Below the pieces are notes generated by a model, which saw nothing but the letters and a program-made list of their open reading frames with translations, was not told where the DNA came from and did no database searches. Both the position numbers and the translations under genes were made by a program. Shown here piece after piece: positions 18,290 to 27,514 of a DNA stretch of 64,000 nt. The first letter of the stretch is position 1, and each line of letters starts with the position of its first letter. The stretch comes from a virus. Where the stretch lies: the IMG/VR virus record IMGVR_UViG_3300032334_001923, positions 32,001 to 96,000 of that record. The stretch is one strand, 5' to 3'.

Positions 18290-19438
18290 ATGAAAAATTT
18301 ACCCTCTTTTAATGAATTTAAAAAATTCGAGGATTTTCTTGAAACGTCTGATGCAGAACTAATCAGGGAGTTTGAAGAGCTAGAAAAGTCAGAGCCTTTT
18401 CACACCCTAAACGAGGGTGGATTTTTGGACCATATAAAGAATAAGCTTTCTAAGTTTTTCTTGGGCTCTCTTTCCAGAGTTGGTATGCTAGATCAGGCAA
18501 GAAAGGCTTTAGTTGATCTTGAGATAGATGCAATAGAAAAGAAGAGCGAATTCGAGGAGAGCATGGAAAAATTGGATTCCCAGATAGATGCTTTATCTAA
18601 GATAGAAGATAAAGACAGAATAGAAGCTCTTAGAAAGGATAGAGAATCTAAGATAAAAGAACAAGAAGCTTATATAAAATCTCAAAGACTTAAGATTAAA
18701 AAAGCCCACGATTTTGTGGAAAAAGTAATAGACGGCAACACCAGAAGGAGAGAGTATTATGAAGCGGGAAGAGCAGATGATGAAATCGGATTAGCTGAGC
18801 TTAACTATCTTTTGGCAAAGAAAAAATTTGACACCTCGGAGATAGCAAAATATGAGGAAGCTATTAAAAAAGCCAAAGCTAATGCAGAGGCTAAAGCTGA
18901 AAAACTGGAGAACAGATCTGAAGAAAATTCTAAGGACGATGCAGAAAAAATATCAGTTGACACCAAGTTAGATCCAGAAAAAGAGAAGAGGAAACTAACA
19001 ACGAGAAGAGGTAAAGATATCATTTCTAGAAAAAATGAACTAGAGAAAGATATAGTGGATCTTAAATCTGCCTTAGAGAGAAAACTTAAAGGTCTTGAAT
19101 TAAAATCTAAAAAAGGAAAGGAATTTACCACTAAAGAGATAACTAAGATTAGAATAGAACTTTTAGAGATAAGCTCTGCTTTAGACGCTAAAATAAATCT
19201 TCTTAAAGCTTTGAGAGATCTTGGTAAAACTGAAGAAGAGATCAGTAAGAAAATCAAAAAAGAATCTGAGATTACTAAATTAAGTGCTCAAGTTAATAAA
19301 AGCATAGTGGACGGACAAGATGCTAACACAGGAACTAAGAAATTAGTCGCCGATATTTTTTCAACTATATCTAAAGACGGAAGAGGAAAGATCTCATCGG
19401 AGAAGATAAAAAATGCTATTAATAAAATAAATAAGTAA
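18290..19438 (+). CDS. Coiled-coil hypothetical protein with CTS-like leader; candidate internal head protein
   Basis: MKNLPSFNEFKKFEDFLE..TLNEGG. Highly charged and helical. Confidence 0.7.
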   Translation: MKNLPSFNEFKKFEDFLETSDAELIREFEELEKSEPFHTLNEGGFLDHIKNKLSKFFLGSLSRVGMLDQARKALVDLEIDAIEKKSEFEESMEKLDSQIDALSKIEDKDRIEALRKDRESKIKEQEAYIKSQRLKIKKAHDFVEKVIDGNTRRREYYEAGRADDEIGLAELNYLLAKKKFDTSEIAKYEEAIKKAKANAEAKAEKLENRSEENSKDDAEKISVDTKLDPEKEKRKLTTRRGKDIISRKNELEKDIVDLKSALERKLKGLELKSKKGKEFTTKEITKIRIELLEISSALDAKINLLKALRDLGKTEEEISKKIKKESEITKLSAQVNKSIVDGQDANTGTKKLVADIFSTISKDGRGKISSEKIKNAINKINK

Positions 19439-19440
19439 TC

Positions 19441-20349
19441 ATGAGTTTGATGAGATTTAAAGAATGGGATGCTATAAACGAAGCTAGTCTTTTTGATAAG
19501 ATCAAGAACTGGTTTAGTGGAAATTTTGGCGGATCCGTAGAGAAAATAGATAGTCTATTAAATGAGTACAGAAGAGCTGAACTCAGATTTGTTGACGAGT
19601 GGGAAGAGATAAGAAAAGAAATAGACAAACTTGAACTTCAGAGATCCCAGGTTAAAAACGACCCTGCAGAGATCAAAAAGATCGATAGATTAATTACAAG
19701 AAACCAACAGGTTATTACTTCATCTTCTAAGGTTCATGAAAAGAAAACCGACGAGATATTTTCAAAAGTAAAAGAAGTAGTTAAAGCCAACAGCAGAATC
19801 GAAAGCTACTGGGAGACTAATAAGATAAGAGTTGATGCTGAGATTGCAGAAGAAATGTACAGAAGAGCTAAAAGATTAACAGATCAGAGTATAGCAGATG
19901 AGCTTTATCGAGATTACAAAGCTGCAGTTTTAAAATCAAGAGAGAAGGACCAGGCATTTAAGGACGAATACGGAAACCTAATCGGTTCAGTTATACCAGA
20001 AAGTCCTAAAGAGTATAAAAATGACTATGATGTTAAATCAAAAGGAGCAACAGAAGCAACTTTTGAATTGCTTTCAAGAATGAGCCTATTGGATTTTGAT
20101 CAGGAAGTTAAGACCCTAGCTAAAGAAGATGCTAAAAGACTAGTATCATATCTCACCAAAGAAAGAAATGATAGATATGTTGCTTTAGATATGGAAAGAG
20201 ACGCCTTGAATTCTCAGATAGAGAAAAGTCCAGACGATCACGAGACCAGAGAATTTGCAGCTAAAAAGATAAAAGAACTTAGAGAAAAATACATGAGCGA
20301 AATTAGAGATCTTAGATCTAAAATAACAGTAGCTAAAAGATATGCTTAA
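19441..20349 (+). CDS. Coiled-coil hypothetical protein with CTS-like leader; probable paralog of 18290..19438
   Basis: MRFKEWDAINEASLFDKIKNWFSG compared with LNEGGFLDHIKNKLSKFFLG. Confidence 0.7.
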   Translation: MSLMRFKEWDAINEASLFDKIKNWFSGNFGGSVEKIDSLLNEYRRAELRFVDEWEEIRKEIDKLELQRSQVKNDPAEIKKIDRLITRNQQVITSSSKVHEKKTDEIFSKVKEVVKANSRIESYWETNKIRVDAEIAEEMYRRAKRLTDQSIADELYRDYKAAVLKSREKDQAFKDEYGNLIGSVIPESPKEYKNDYDVKSKGATEATFELLSRMSLLDFDQEVKTLAKEDAKRLVSYLTKERNDRYVALDMERDALNSQIEKSPDDHETREFAAKKIKELREKYMSEIRDLRSKITVAKRYA

Positions 20350-20602
20350 GTTTAAAGATTTTATCTCGGAAGCGGACAGTCAGAAAACAAAGGTCGATGA
20401 GATAAAACTGGAGCTGTCTAAAAATTTTGACGCCATAAAAGAAGCAAAAAAATTAAAGAAAGCAGGAGATGTTAATTCTGAAATAACCAGCATAAATAAA
20501 CAGGCTGAGTTATATTCGGCAATCTCAAATAATCTAAAGGAATTAGCCACAGAAATGAAAGCCAATCCCGGAGGAAAAGAAGCTAAAACAACTATATACT
20601 AA
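20342..20602 (+). CDS. Small protein with CTS-like leader (MLKFKDFISEA)
   Basis: The leader closely resembles the T4 internal-protein targeting sequence MKTYQEFIAE. Confidence 0.7.
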   Translation: MLKFKDFISEADSQKTKVDEIKLELSKNFDAIKEAKKLKKAGDVNSEITSINKQAELYSAISNNLKELATEMKANPGGKEAKTTIY

Positions 20603-20613
20603 AAAACATAGAA

Positions 20614-23100
20614 ATGATGAATAAGAACCCTTATATCTACAACCCGGTTGCTAGAATGATGCTAGAAAGCCTAAGCGATCAGCTTTTCGAAAACGAAAAG
20701 GTAGATTCACTTTTAGGAAAAGCATGCGATAATGCTCTAAATTGCTTTAAGATCCTAACTTTTGATTTAGCACCAAAGAGAGATAGGAATCCAGATGTTC
20801 TCAGAGTTAAAGTCTCTGATATAGCAAATTCTAAAGACACCAAAGAGCTAACTGCAAAGCTTTTAGATTATGCAGATGACAATGAAGTTTCTAATCCTCT
20901 CTTTGCCGAGGTTAAATCCCTCTATATTTCAAGTCTTAAAAAATTCTCCGAGGCATTAATAAGAGCTGCTGAGATAAGTAAAGAGAATAATCAGTTTATC
21001 ATTAAAAAGTTTAAATCAGATTCGGCTAAGCTTCAGGGCAGTGTTGATATCATTGCTAAACAAGCAGAAGAGGAACTCGAAAAAAAGGAGCAGGAAGAGG
21101 CTAGATTAAGCGAATCTTTAGGACCGATCAACGAAAATCTTTTTAGTGGATATAAAGGAAGAGTAGCAGATCTAAGAAAACTTCTTGCAAATCTAATAAG
21201 CTCTGCAGAAGGAAAGGATCAAAAGAACGGTTACGGAAGAGATTGGAAAAGAACATTCATCGAGCTTGATCAGCAAAGAAAAACTCTAGACACTCATAGA
21301 GGTGAGATAGGGGAAAAGAATAAAAAGAATCTTGAGGAACTAGAAAAGAAGGTTGAAAAATTCCAGGATGAATTTAATAACTCCCTTATTACTTCCTCAA
21401 ACAGAGCTCTACAAAATTTAGAGAATGACGAGGAGGTTTATACTTCTTATACTGATGTTACTGAATTGATAAATCAAGCATTGGATTATTTAACTAGAGC
21501 TAAGACACAATATGCTATAGCTATAAAAGAAATAAGCAATAGAAAGATAGTTAAAGATGAGGATATCAGTAAGATGCTATTCCCTATCAAAAAAGGAGAC
21601 AAAGACGTCAACCCTAGATTTAAGGGAAGTAAACTTATATTCAATATCCAAACAGCTTTATGTAATTCTTTACCTGCTGCAAAAAAAGCTATTACCGCTA
21701 ACGGTGGTCCTGCTGGAAACTTTGGATCTGCAACTAAATCAGTAATTGCAACTTTACAGAAAATCGCTGGTAATAAAAACGTTAACGGAGAAATCGACAA
21801 AACCCTTTTATCTAACATCTTAGATTCGGATTGGGTTTCTATGGAAGATAAGAAAGCAATTCAAAAATCTATAGAAAAAATAAAGGAAAAATCTAAGGTT
21901 AATGAATCTGTAGATTCTTATGAAATCCTCCAACTAAACGAGGAAAAAATTGTTATCAACCAATCTGAATTTGAAAAGGAATTAAAAACTCAATATAAAG
22001 AGATAACAGGTAAACCCAATTTTACTAAGCTTTCTAAAGGTGGAGAATCTGGAGGTGAAAAATCTTCTAGCGTTTCTGCTCTTGCTAAAAAGTTAAGAAG
22101 TGAATATAGCATAAAGATTGAATCTGATGATTTTGTAAAAGCAGACGGCACACTTAAATATTCATACTCTCCTGAGTTTATAGCTTCTTGGAATAAAGCT
22201 ATAGATTTAGCAAAGCCTTCTAAAGATTTCTCCTACTTCTTTACAAGAGACGGGATTTATAACATAAACATTCCTAGCTCTTCATTAAAAACTCCTTGCA
22301 ACTGGATCAAATGGGCAAACATTAGACAGATAAAAACACTAGGAAATGAAGATGCGACATCCTTTGTTGAAAACTATTTAAAGGGATGGTCAACTTTTGG
22401 ATTAATCAGACCACAATGGAGATATGAAGGAATCAGAGAACTCTTAAGAAAAAATTCAGAGCAGGGAGATGACGATTTAGCAGGTGCATACGAAATGATG
22501 GAATCTTGCATAAAGAACGGACCAGTACCTTTCGTCGATTATGACAATCTAAAGAACGAAATCGCAGATGCTTTTAGAATAGTGCTTCAGACTAAAGAAA
22601 AATCTCCAGTCCTTGGAGCTAGCGATTTTATTTCTTTGAATAACTTCTTAGTGATGATTGCCAACTGTATAAGTTTCGACGGAAGTAAATTTATCAGCTG
22701 TATAAAGTGGATCCATGATAATATCCTAGGTGAATCAACAGCTAATAGAATAACCAAAGATTCTATTGGATTTTTGGGTACTACTGTAAATGCTAAAGAT
22801 CCTTTCTTAGGGTATCAAAGCAGCAGAATTATAGTTTCAAAAACAGAAGAACTAGAGGAAGTAAGAAACAAACCAGTATCGAAAGATCCTTCCAGATCAC
22901 TATCTGGATTCCAGCCTCTAATTAAGATGGGTGAAAAAGAGGGTAAGGGAATTAGAGGATCTCTTGGAAAAAATATCTTCTACATTTCTGCTGACATTTA
23001 TCCAAGTATATCAGCACACGTAAAAAGAATGAACGCTACAAGTTTTGACGATATTCCTCAAACTGCACCTTTCAAATGTGTAAATGCAGATTCTAAATAA
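20614..23100 (+). CDS. Large hypothetical protein with a central peptidoglycan-binding-like domain
   Basis: IKKGDKD..IFNIQTAL..GPAGNFGSATKSVIATLQKIAG..NGEIDKT resembles PG_binding_1. Several (I/L/V)xE motifs (MLES, LSES, INEN, VNES, LNEE). Confidence 0.65.
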   Translation: MMNKNPYIYNPVARMMLESLSDQLFENEKVDSLLGKACDNALNCFKILTFDLAPKRDRNPDVLRVKVSDIANSKDTKELTAKLLDYADDNEVSNPLFAEVKSLYISSLKKFSEALIRAAEISKENNQFIIKKFKSDSAKLQGSVDIIAKQAEEELEKKEQEEARLSESLGPINENLFSGYKGRVADLRKLLANLISSAEGKDQKNGYGRDWKRTFIELDQQRKTLDTHRGEIGEKNKKNLEELEKKVEKFQDEFNNSLITSSNRALQNLENDEEVYTSYTDVTELINQALDYLTRAKTQYAIAIKEISNRKIVKDEDISKMLFPIKKGDKDVNPRFKGSKLIFNIQTALCNSLPAAKKAITANGGPAGNFGSATKSVIATLQKIAGNKNVNGEIDKTLLSNILDSDWVSMEDKKAIQKSIEKIKEKSKVNESVDSYEILQLNEEKIVINQSEFEKELKTQYKEITGKPNFTKLSKGGESGGEKSSSVSALAKKLRSEYSIKIESDDFVKADGTLKYSYSPEFIASWNKAIDLAKPSKDFSYFFTRDGIYNINIPSSSLKTPCNWIKWANIRQIKTLGNEDATSFVENYLKGWSTFGLIRPQWRYEGIRELLRKNSEQGDDDLAGAYEMMESCIKNGPVPFVDYDNLKNEIADAFRIVLQTKEKSPVLGASDFISLNNFLVMIANCISFDGSKFISCIKWIHDNILGESTANRITKDSIGFLGTTVNAKDPFLGYQSSRIIVSKTEELEEVRNKPVSKDPSRSLSGFQPLIKMGEKEGKGIRGSLGKNIFYISADIYPSISAHVKRMNATSFDDIPQTAPFKCVNADSK

Positions 23101-23117
23101 TCGTTAAAAATTTACAT

Positions 23118-23150
23118 AAAAGGAGAAATCTAACAGGTTTCTCCTTTTTT
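23118..23150 (+). terminator. Intrinsic terminator
   Basis: AAAAGGAGAAATC-TAACA-GGTTTCTCCTTTTTT hairpin. Confidence 0.85.
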
Positions 23151-23166
23151 ATTGCCTGAAATCTTT

Positions 23167-23174
23167 TACTTTTG
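23167..23174 (+). promoter_or_regulatory. Bacteroidota-type -7 promoter element (TAnnTTTG)
   Basis: TACTTTTG lies 25 nt before the ATG at 23200, just after a terminator. Confidence 0.7.
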
Positions 23175-23199
23175 GAGTAGTATAAAACTAAAAGACATC

Positions 23200-23751
23200 A
23201 TGATTTACGTTTTTGAAGGCCCAAGGAATTCGGGCAAAACATTTCTTTCTGACATTATCTCAAGCTCAATGGGAATTCCTAGATTTCAATTTGATTTTAG
23301 CGGATCTTTTAAGATGTTAAATCTCGACAGTAAAAGCAGGGAGGCACATTCTTTTGCCATGGGCAAAGAACTTATGATTATGCAGCTAGCAAAAGACCTA
23401 GACAAATCTATGCCTAGCTTTATACATGATAGGGGAATATTAAGTGTTTTGACCTGGGGAATACTTGAAAACAGAATAAGCAAATCCCAAGCTATAAGTC
23501 AATTAGAATATGTCTCTAAGTCAGGTTTACTTGAAAGAATACGAATCATTTATATAGACGGAAAAAATCCTCAGAAAAGAGTTATGAAAAAAGATGATTG
23601 GGATTTTGCAGAAAAGTCGTCTAGGGAGGAGGATATCTACAAATTCCTTATATCTCAATTATCTCAAAAAAATATATCTGTTTTCAAGAACTCTTTTGAT
23701 GCTAAATCAGTAGAAGATATCAAAACACTTTTCTCTAAAAATTTACTATAA
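23200..23751 (+). CDS. P-loop nucleoside monophosphate kinase-like protein (dTMP/dNMP kinase-like)
   Basis: MIYVFEGPRNSGKT Walker A and FIHDRG. ATG 23200 is preferred over the upstream non-ATG start because the promoter element lies between them. Confidence 0.65.
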   Translation: MIYVFEGPRNSGKTFLSDIISSSMGIPRFQFDFSGSFKMLNLDSKSREAHSFAMGKELMIMQLAKDLDKSMPSFIHDRGILSVLTWGILENRISKSQAISQLEYVSKSGLLERIRIIYIDGKNPQKRVMKKDDWDFAEKSSREEDIYKFLISQLSQKNISVFKNSFDAKSVEDIKTLFSKNLL

Positions 23752-25160
23752 TGTGCGGAATACTATTAACTACCAGAGCTGAGGGATCACCTCATATCCT
23801 TGAAACTATTAATCACAGGGGCATAGAAATGTCTAGTGTGGATTTAGACGGGGTAACATTATGCCACCACCGTCTCCCGATTCAAACTCTGGATGGTGAC
23901 GAGTGGGCTCAACCAATAGAGATTTCTAGTGGGGTTTATTTGATGTTTAACGGGGAGATTTTTAATTACGATCAGGAGAAGTATTCTTCTGACACCGAAT
24001 ATCTTTGCAATCTATTTTCTAATTACCAAGGGGGCAGCTTGGAATTCTTTGCAGCCATGTATACCCCACACATTCAAACGTGGGATGGTTTTTGGGCAGT
24101 TGTAATTTACGACTCCAAAACTGGTAATGTTATAGCTTTTACCGACCCTCTGGGTAAGAAGTGTCTCTATAAAAACGAGCTGGGTGAGATCTGCTCTGAA
24201 ATAAAGGGTCTTATATCGGGTGAGAGTGAGATAGATGCCTCGTATATAAGTTCCATTAGAAAATGGGGATATAACACGGATAACCGAACCCCATATGTTA
24301 ACATCCAAAGACTTTTACCAAACAACATATATTCTTACAACATCGGATCCCCGTTATTCAACAACGTCTTTCCTAAATACTACCGCACATGGGAATCCCC
24401 CATTAGAGAGCTAATAGGAGCCGATTACGAGACGCATATGAATTGGCTATGGGATAAACTGTTTGAGAGCGTAAAACGTCGCTTAGTGTCCAAGAACTAT
24501 CCTATTTCGCTTTTAATATCGGGGGGTTTGGATTCTTCCATCATAGCGGGTATATTGAAGCAAATGGAATCTGATGTTACCTGGTTTAGTATTGAAAACG
24601 GAGAGGCCGAGTATGTTAAACTTTTAGGACAGCACCTGGGTGTACCTGTAAATTTCCTAGACTACAATATGGACCCTGATAAGGTGGCCCAAATTTATGC
24701 AGACTGGAACGAGAGTCCAGTAGATCTCGGATCTGTTATTCCCCAATATCATCTTTTTGAAGCGGTTAAGAAATATTCAGGATATCGAATAGTTCTTAGC
24801 GGAGACGGATCTGATGAGCTTTTCGGAGGATATTCTAGAATTCATGAGTATGACTCCCAGCAATCTGATGTCTTTGATGAGCTCACTTTCTACCATCTTC
24901 CTAGATTGGATAAGATGTCAATGGCTCACACTCTGGAGCTTAGAAATCCTTTTTTAAATTTAGATATCGTTAGATTTGCCTTACATCTTCCCCTAGAATG
25001 GAGAACTGACAAGAAAATCCTTAAGGACACTTTTGCCCCTTTGCTACCTGGAGAGATCGTAAATCGCAAAAAAGAGGCCCTTAAAAATCCAGAAATCAAG
25101 GAAGATAAGCTAAAATACAGACAGAAGGCGGTGGATCTTTTTTTGGATGCTATTAGATAA
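23751..25160 (+). CDS. asnB: Asparagine synthetase B-like glutamine amidotransferase
   Basis: N-terminal nucleophile MCGI, HRG, HHRLPI, FNGEIFNY, DPLGKK, PP-loop SGGLDSS, LSGDGSDELFGGY, RLDKMSMAHTLELRNPFL. Stop/start overlap with the kinase gene. Confidence 0.9.
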   Translation: MCGILLTTRAEGSPHILETINHRGIEMSSVDLDGVTLCHHRLPIQTLDGDEWAQPIEISSGVYLMFNGEIFNYDQEKYSSDTEYLCNLFSNYQGGSLEFFAAMYTPHIQTWDGFWAVVIYDSKTGNVIAFTDPLGKKCLYKNELGEICSEIKGLISGESEIDASYISSIRKWGYNTDNRTPYVNIQRLLPNNIYSYNIGSPLFNNVFPKYYRTWESPIRELIGADYETHMNWLWDKLFESVKRRLVSKNYPISLLISGGLDSSIIAGILKQMESDVTWFSIENGEAEYVKLLGQHLGVPVNFLDYNMDPDKVAQIYADWNESPVDLGSVIPQYHLFEAVKKYSGYRIVLSGDGSDELFGGYSRIHEYDSQQSDVFDELTFYHLPRLDKMSMAHTLELRNPFLNLDIVRFALHLPLEWRTDKKILKDTFAPLLPGEIVNRKKEALKNPEIKEDKLKYRQKAVDLFLDAIR

Positions 25161-25178
25161 ATTTTGTTATTTCTCTTA

Positions 25179-25186
25179 GATATATA
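25179..25186 (+). promoter_or_regulatory. Putative late promoter GATATATA
   Basis: Starts 27 nt before the ATG at 25206. Confidence 0.6.
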
Positions 25187-25205
25187 GAGAAAATAGTTTT
25201 AACTA

Positions 25206-25844
25206 ATGTCCAGAATAAAAAGTTTTGAAGATTTTTCTCTAAATGAAGATTTCAGTTTACAGGGTTTGCTTTCATCTGTTCTTCCAGCTCTAGGCGGTGG
25301 ATTTATGAAAGAGGTTAAGCAAAAAATAGCTGCTAGCCTTTTAGAAAGACTCGGAATCGACGAAGGATCTGAGCTTTCAGTTCTTGTCCAAGAATTCGTA
25401 GATTCTATTCCAGTTTCAGATATACCAGGGATCGCAACAGGTGAAAATATAAACGCCAAATACTTTGCCCCTAAATTTGCTCAATTTTTACAGGAGTATG
25501 TTCAAAGAAGAGGCTTGGATAACATTGCCGCTAAATTTGGTGTTAATCCTAATGGGTGGATATACGGAATACTAAGAGAAACCCTCCAAACACAGCTGGG
25601 GAAAGAGAAGCTAACAAACTTCTTCCTTAGCGCATTCGGAGCTGGACCTAACATAGGACACGAAGCACTTAAAAATTTAAGTCCAGAGGAGAAGGATAAA
25701 TTTTCAGATGCTTTAAATAAGAGAATTTCCCAAGGCTATCAAATAGGAGGGACATCAACAAACACTGCACAAACAGCAGACAAAAAAGACGGAGGCGGAT
25801 TTTTTAGCAGTCTTTTAAAGGGCGCAGAGGAGGCACAATCTTAA
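25206..25844 (+). CDS. Hypothetical helical protein with CTS-like leader (MSRIKSFEDFSLNED)
   Basis: ORF tiling and leader motif. Confidence 0.72.
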   Translation: MSRIKSFEDFSLNEDFSLQGLLSSVLPALGGGFMKEVKQKIAASLLERLGIDEGSELSVLVQEFVDSIPVSDIPGIATGENINAKYFAPKFAQFLQEYVQRRGLDNIAAKFGVNPNGWIYGILRETLQTQLGKEKLTNFFLSAFGAGPNIGHEALKNLSPEEKDKFSDALNKRISQGYQIGGTSTNTAQTADKKDGGGFFSSLLKGAEEAQS

Positions 25845-25864
25845 TAACATAAAATATCCAACAT

Positions 25865-26203
25865 ATGAATTTACAAAATATAGCACAAAGAGAAGTTTTA
25901 GATTTTGGACAATTTCTAAAAAAAGTCCATGATTATAACTATAAACCACTTGCACCTTCTACTCAATCTGAGGGAGGTCTTGAAAAATCTGGTCTTTCCA
26001 AAATAAAAAGAGAACCTGCTTATGATCACGTAGGATATGCAGATTCTGTATTTGCTGGACAATCTAAGATCGACGTTCCTGGGGTTAGAATTAATACTGG
26101 GGGTCAGGGTGAAATGGTAGATGCAGCTGGATATGGAACAGCTACATTATTTAACACCAGTGAGTCTCTTCAGGTCTCAATTAAAAGACTTTCTGATTTC
26201 TAA
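25865..26203 (+). CDS. Small hypothetical protein
   Basis: ORF tiling. Contains VLDFGQFL near the N-terminus and SIKRLSDF at the C-terminus. Confidence 0.7.
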   Translation: MNLQNIAQREVLDFGQFLKKVHDYNYKPLAPSTQSEGGLEKSGLSKIKREPAYDHVGYADSVFAGQSKIDVPGVRINTGGQGEMVDAAGYGTATLFNTSESLQVSIKRLSDF

Positions 26204-26221
26204 TCTAACCTAGATATAAAG

Positions 26222-26250
26222 AAAAAGGTCCAATTTATTGGACCTTTTTT
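26222..26250. terminator. Bidirectional intrinsic terminator between convergent genes
   Basis: AAAAAGGTCCAAT-TT-ATTGGACCTTTTTT, with A- and T-tracts on both sides. Confidence 0.9.
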
Positions 26251-26981
26251 TATTGCTCATCTTTGGAGATCACCCCTATAAATTTTTCCTTTGCAATTTT
26301 GTATATTTCCGAATCCTCCTCGAAGTTTTCGTATATCTCGATTACATAGAGAGAAGGTAAAATCCCATTATCTAAATTAAAATCGTTTAATATCTCGTGA
26401 TAGATGTATTCGTAATTTAAGGAGAAGAATGGATTTTTAATATGGATCTTTTTTAGAATGTATATCTCTTTGTCACCATCCTCCGTTTTCATAGTTACCT
26501 GAGATTTAAAGTAGTAGTTTATGAGCTTGTCGGTAACCATGTTTCTGATGATCACTATCCCCGATTTATTTTCCTCTCCTTGCTCAAACTTGGATTGAAT
26601 TCTAAAGATCTTGATCTTAGATTCCTCTCCCTTAAGTATCTCCAGGCATATCTCAGAATACCCATATAAAGTTTCAAGAGATTTTTCTACTATTTCTTCT
26701 ATTGAAGAAGACTCTTCTTTAGTCAGCTCCTTTTTCAGTAGCTTTTCTGTAAAATCAAGATCCTCCTTTTTCAAGAATTTCTTTATCGAATCTATTTTAC
26801 CGCTTTCTTTATATTCATTTAGGGTCTTAACGATCCTTGATACCTCCCTTATTACAGAATAGCAATTTTCCTCGTTTAGATCTTTACTTACGGATTTTAG
26901 ATAATCTAATAAAACATATTCCTTGTGCTCTGGGTCCAAAGGTTCTTTTAAAAACCAAATAGGACTTAATTTCTTCTTCAT
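26250..26981 (-). CDS. Hypothetical protein (inverted orientation)
   Basis: Start MKKKLSPIWFLKEPLDPEHKEYVLLDYL at 26981 is preferred over 27086, which would overlap the divergent gene. AATATATA on the minus strand at 27010-27003. Confidence 0.72.
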   Translation of the reverse strand: MKKKLSPIWFLKEPLDPEHKEYVLLDYLKSVSKDLNEENCYSVIREVSRIVKTLNEYKESGKIDSIKKFLKKEDLDFTEKLLKKELTKEESSSIEEIVEKSLETLYGYSEICLEILKGEESKIKIFRIQSKFEQGEENKSGIVIIRNMVTDKLINYYFKSQVTMKTEDGDKEIYILKKIHIKNPFFSLNYEYIYHEILNDFNLDNGILPSLYVIEIYENFEEDSEIYKIAKEKFIGVISKDEQ

Positions 26982-27034
26982 CCGGTGATTTTTTGTATAT
27001 TCTATATATTTCACCGTATAAAAATAAAGGATGG

Positions 27035-27042
27035 GATATATA
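27035..27042 (+). promoter_or_regulatory. Putative late promoter GATATATA
   Basis: Starts 25 nt before the ATG at 27060. Confidence 0.6.
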
Positions 27043-27059
27043 CAATAAAAGACCAAATA

Positions 27060-27497
27060 ATGGGCAGGGTTTACGATTATAATCAATTTTCATTCTCTAA
27101 AACAGGGGCAAATAGAGGGGACTACTCATTTGGCCATGAGTTAAAGTATATAGATATCGACATTCACAACAGGCCGGAGGAATATGAGAATATAACCGAT
27201 TCCAAGGCATTTATTAACTACTCTGTTAGCTTGGAGGTTAGGAAAATCGGAATAGAATCTATTTTTTTTAATGTTGATTCCGTTGAGCTTGAGTTTTCTG
27301 TTGATGATTATCCAAATCCAGGAAAGGATTTTGATATTGATCTAATACCAGGAAAAACGATAGACATTGGCCAGATTATAGACGAAGTCGAATCTTGTTC
27401 AATACCAACATATCCTACAGGTTTATCGGTAAACATGAACGGATCAACGGACCCTAAGAAATTTAACGTAACCGTCAAATTCGGTACATCATCATAA
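27060..27497 (+). CDS. Hypothetical protein (MGRVYDYNQF...)
   Basis: ATG 27060 follows the promoter motif and an A-rich leader. Confidence 0.7.
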   Translation: MGRVYDYNQFSFSKTGANRGDYSFGHELKYIDIDIHNRPEEYENITDSKAFINYSVSLEVRKIGIESIFFNVDSVELEFSVDDYPNPGKDFDIDLIPGKTIDIGQIIDEVESCSIPTYPTGLSVNMNGSTDPKKFNVTVKFGTSS

Positions 27498-27514
27498 TAA
27501 AAGCCGAAAGAAAC

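Noticed and set aside
23751-25160. AsnB-like gene as a lasso peptide cyclase
   Set aside because: It retains an intact N-terminal Cys glutaminase domain, and no precursor peptide, B protein or transporter is adjacent.
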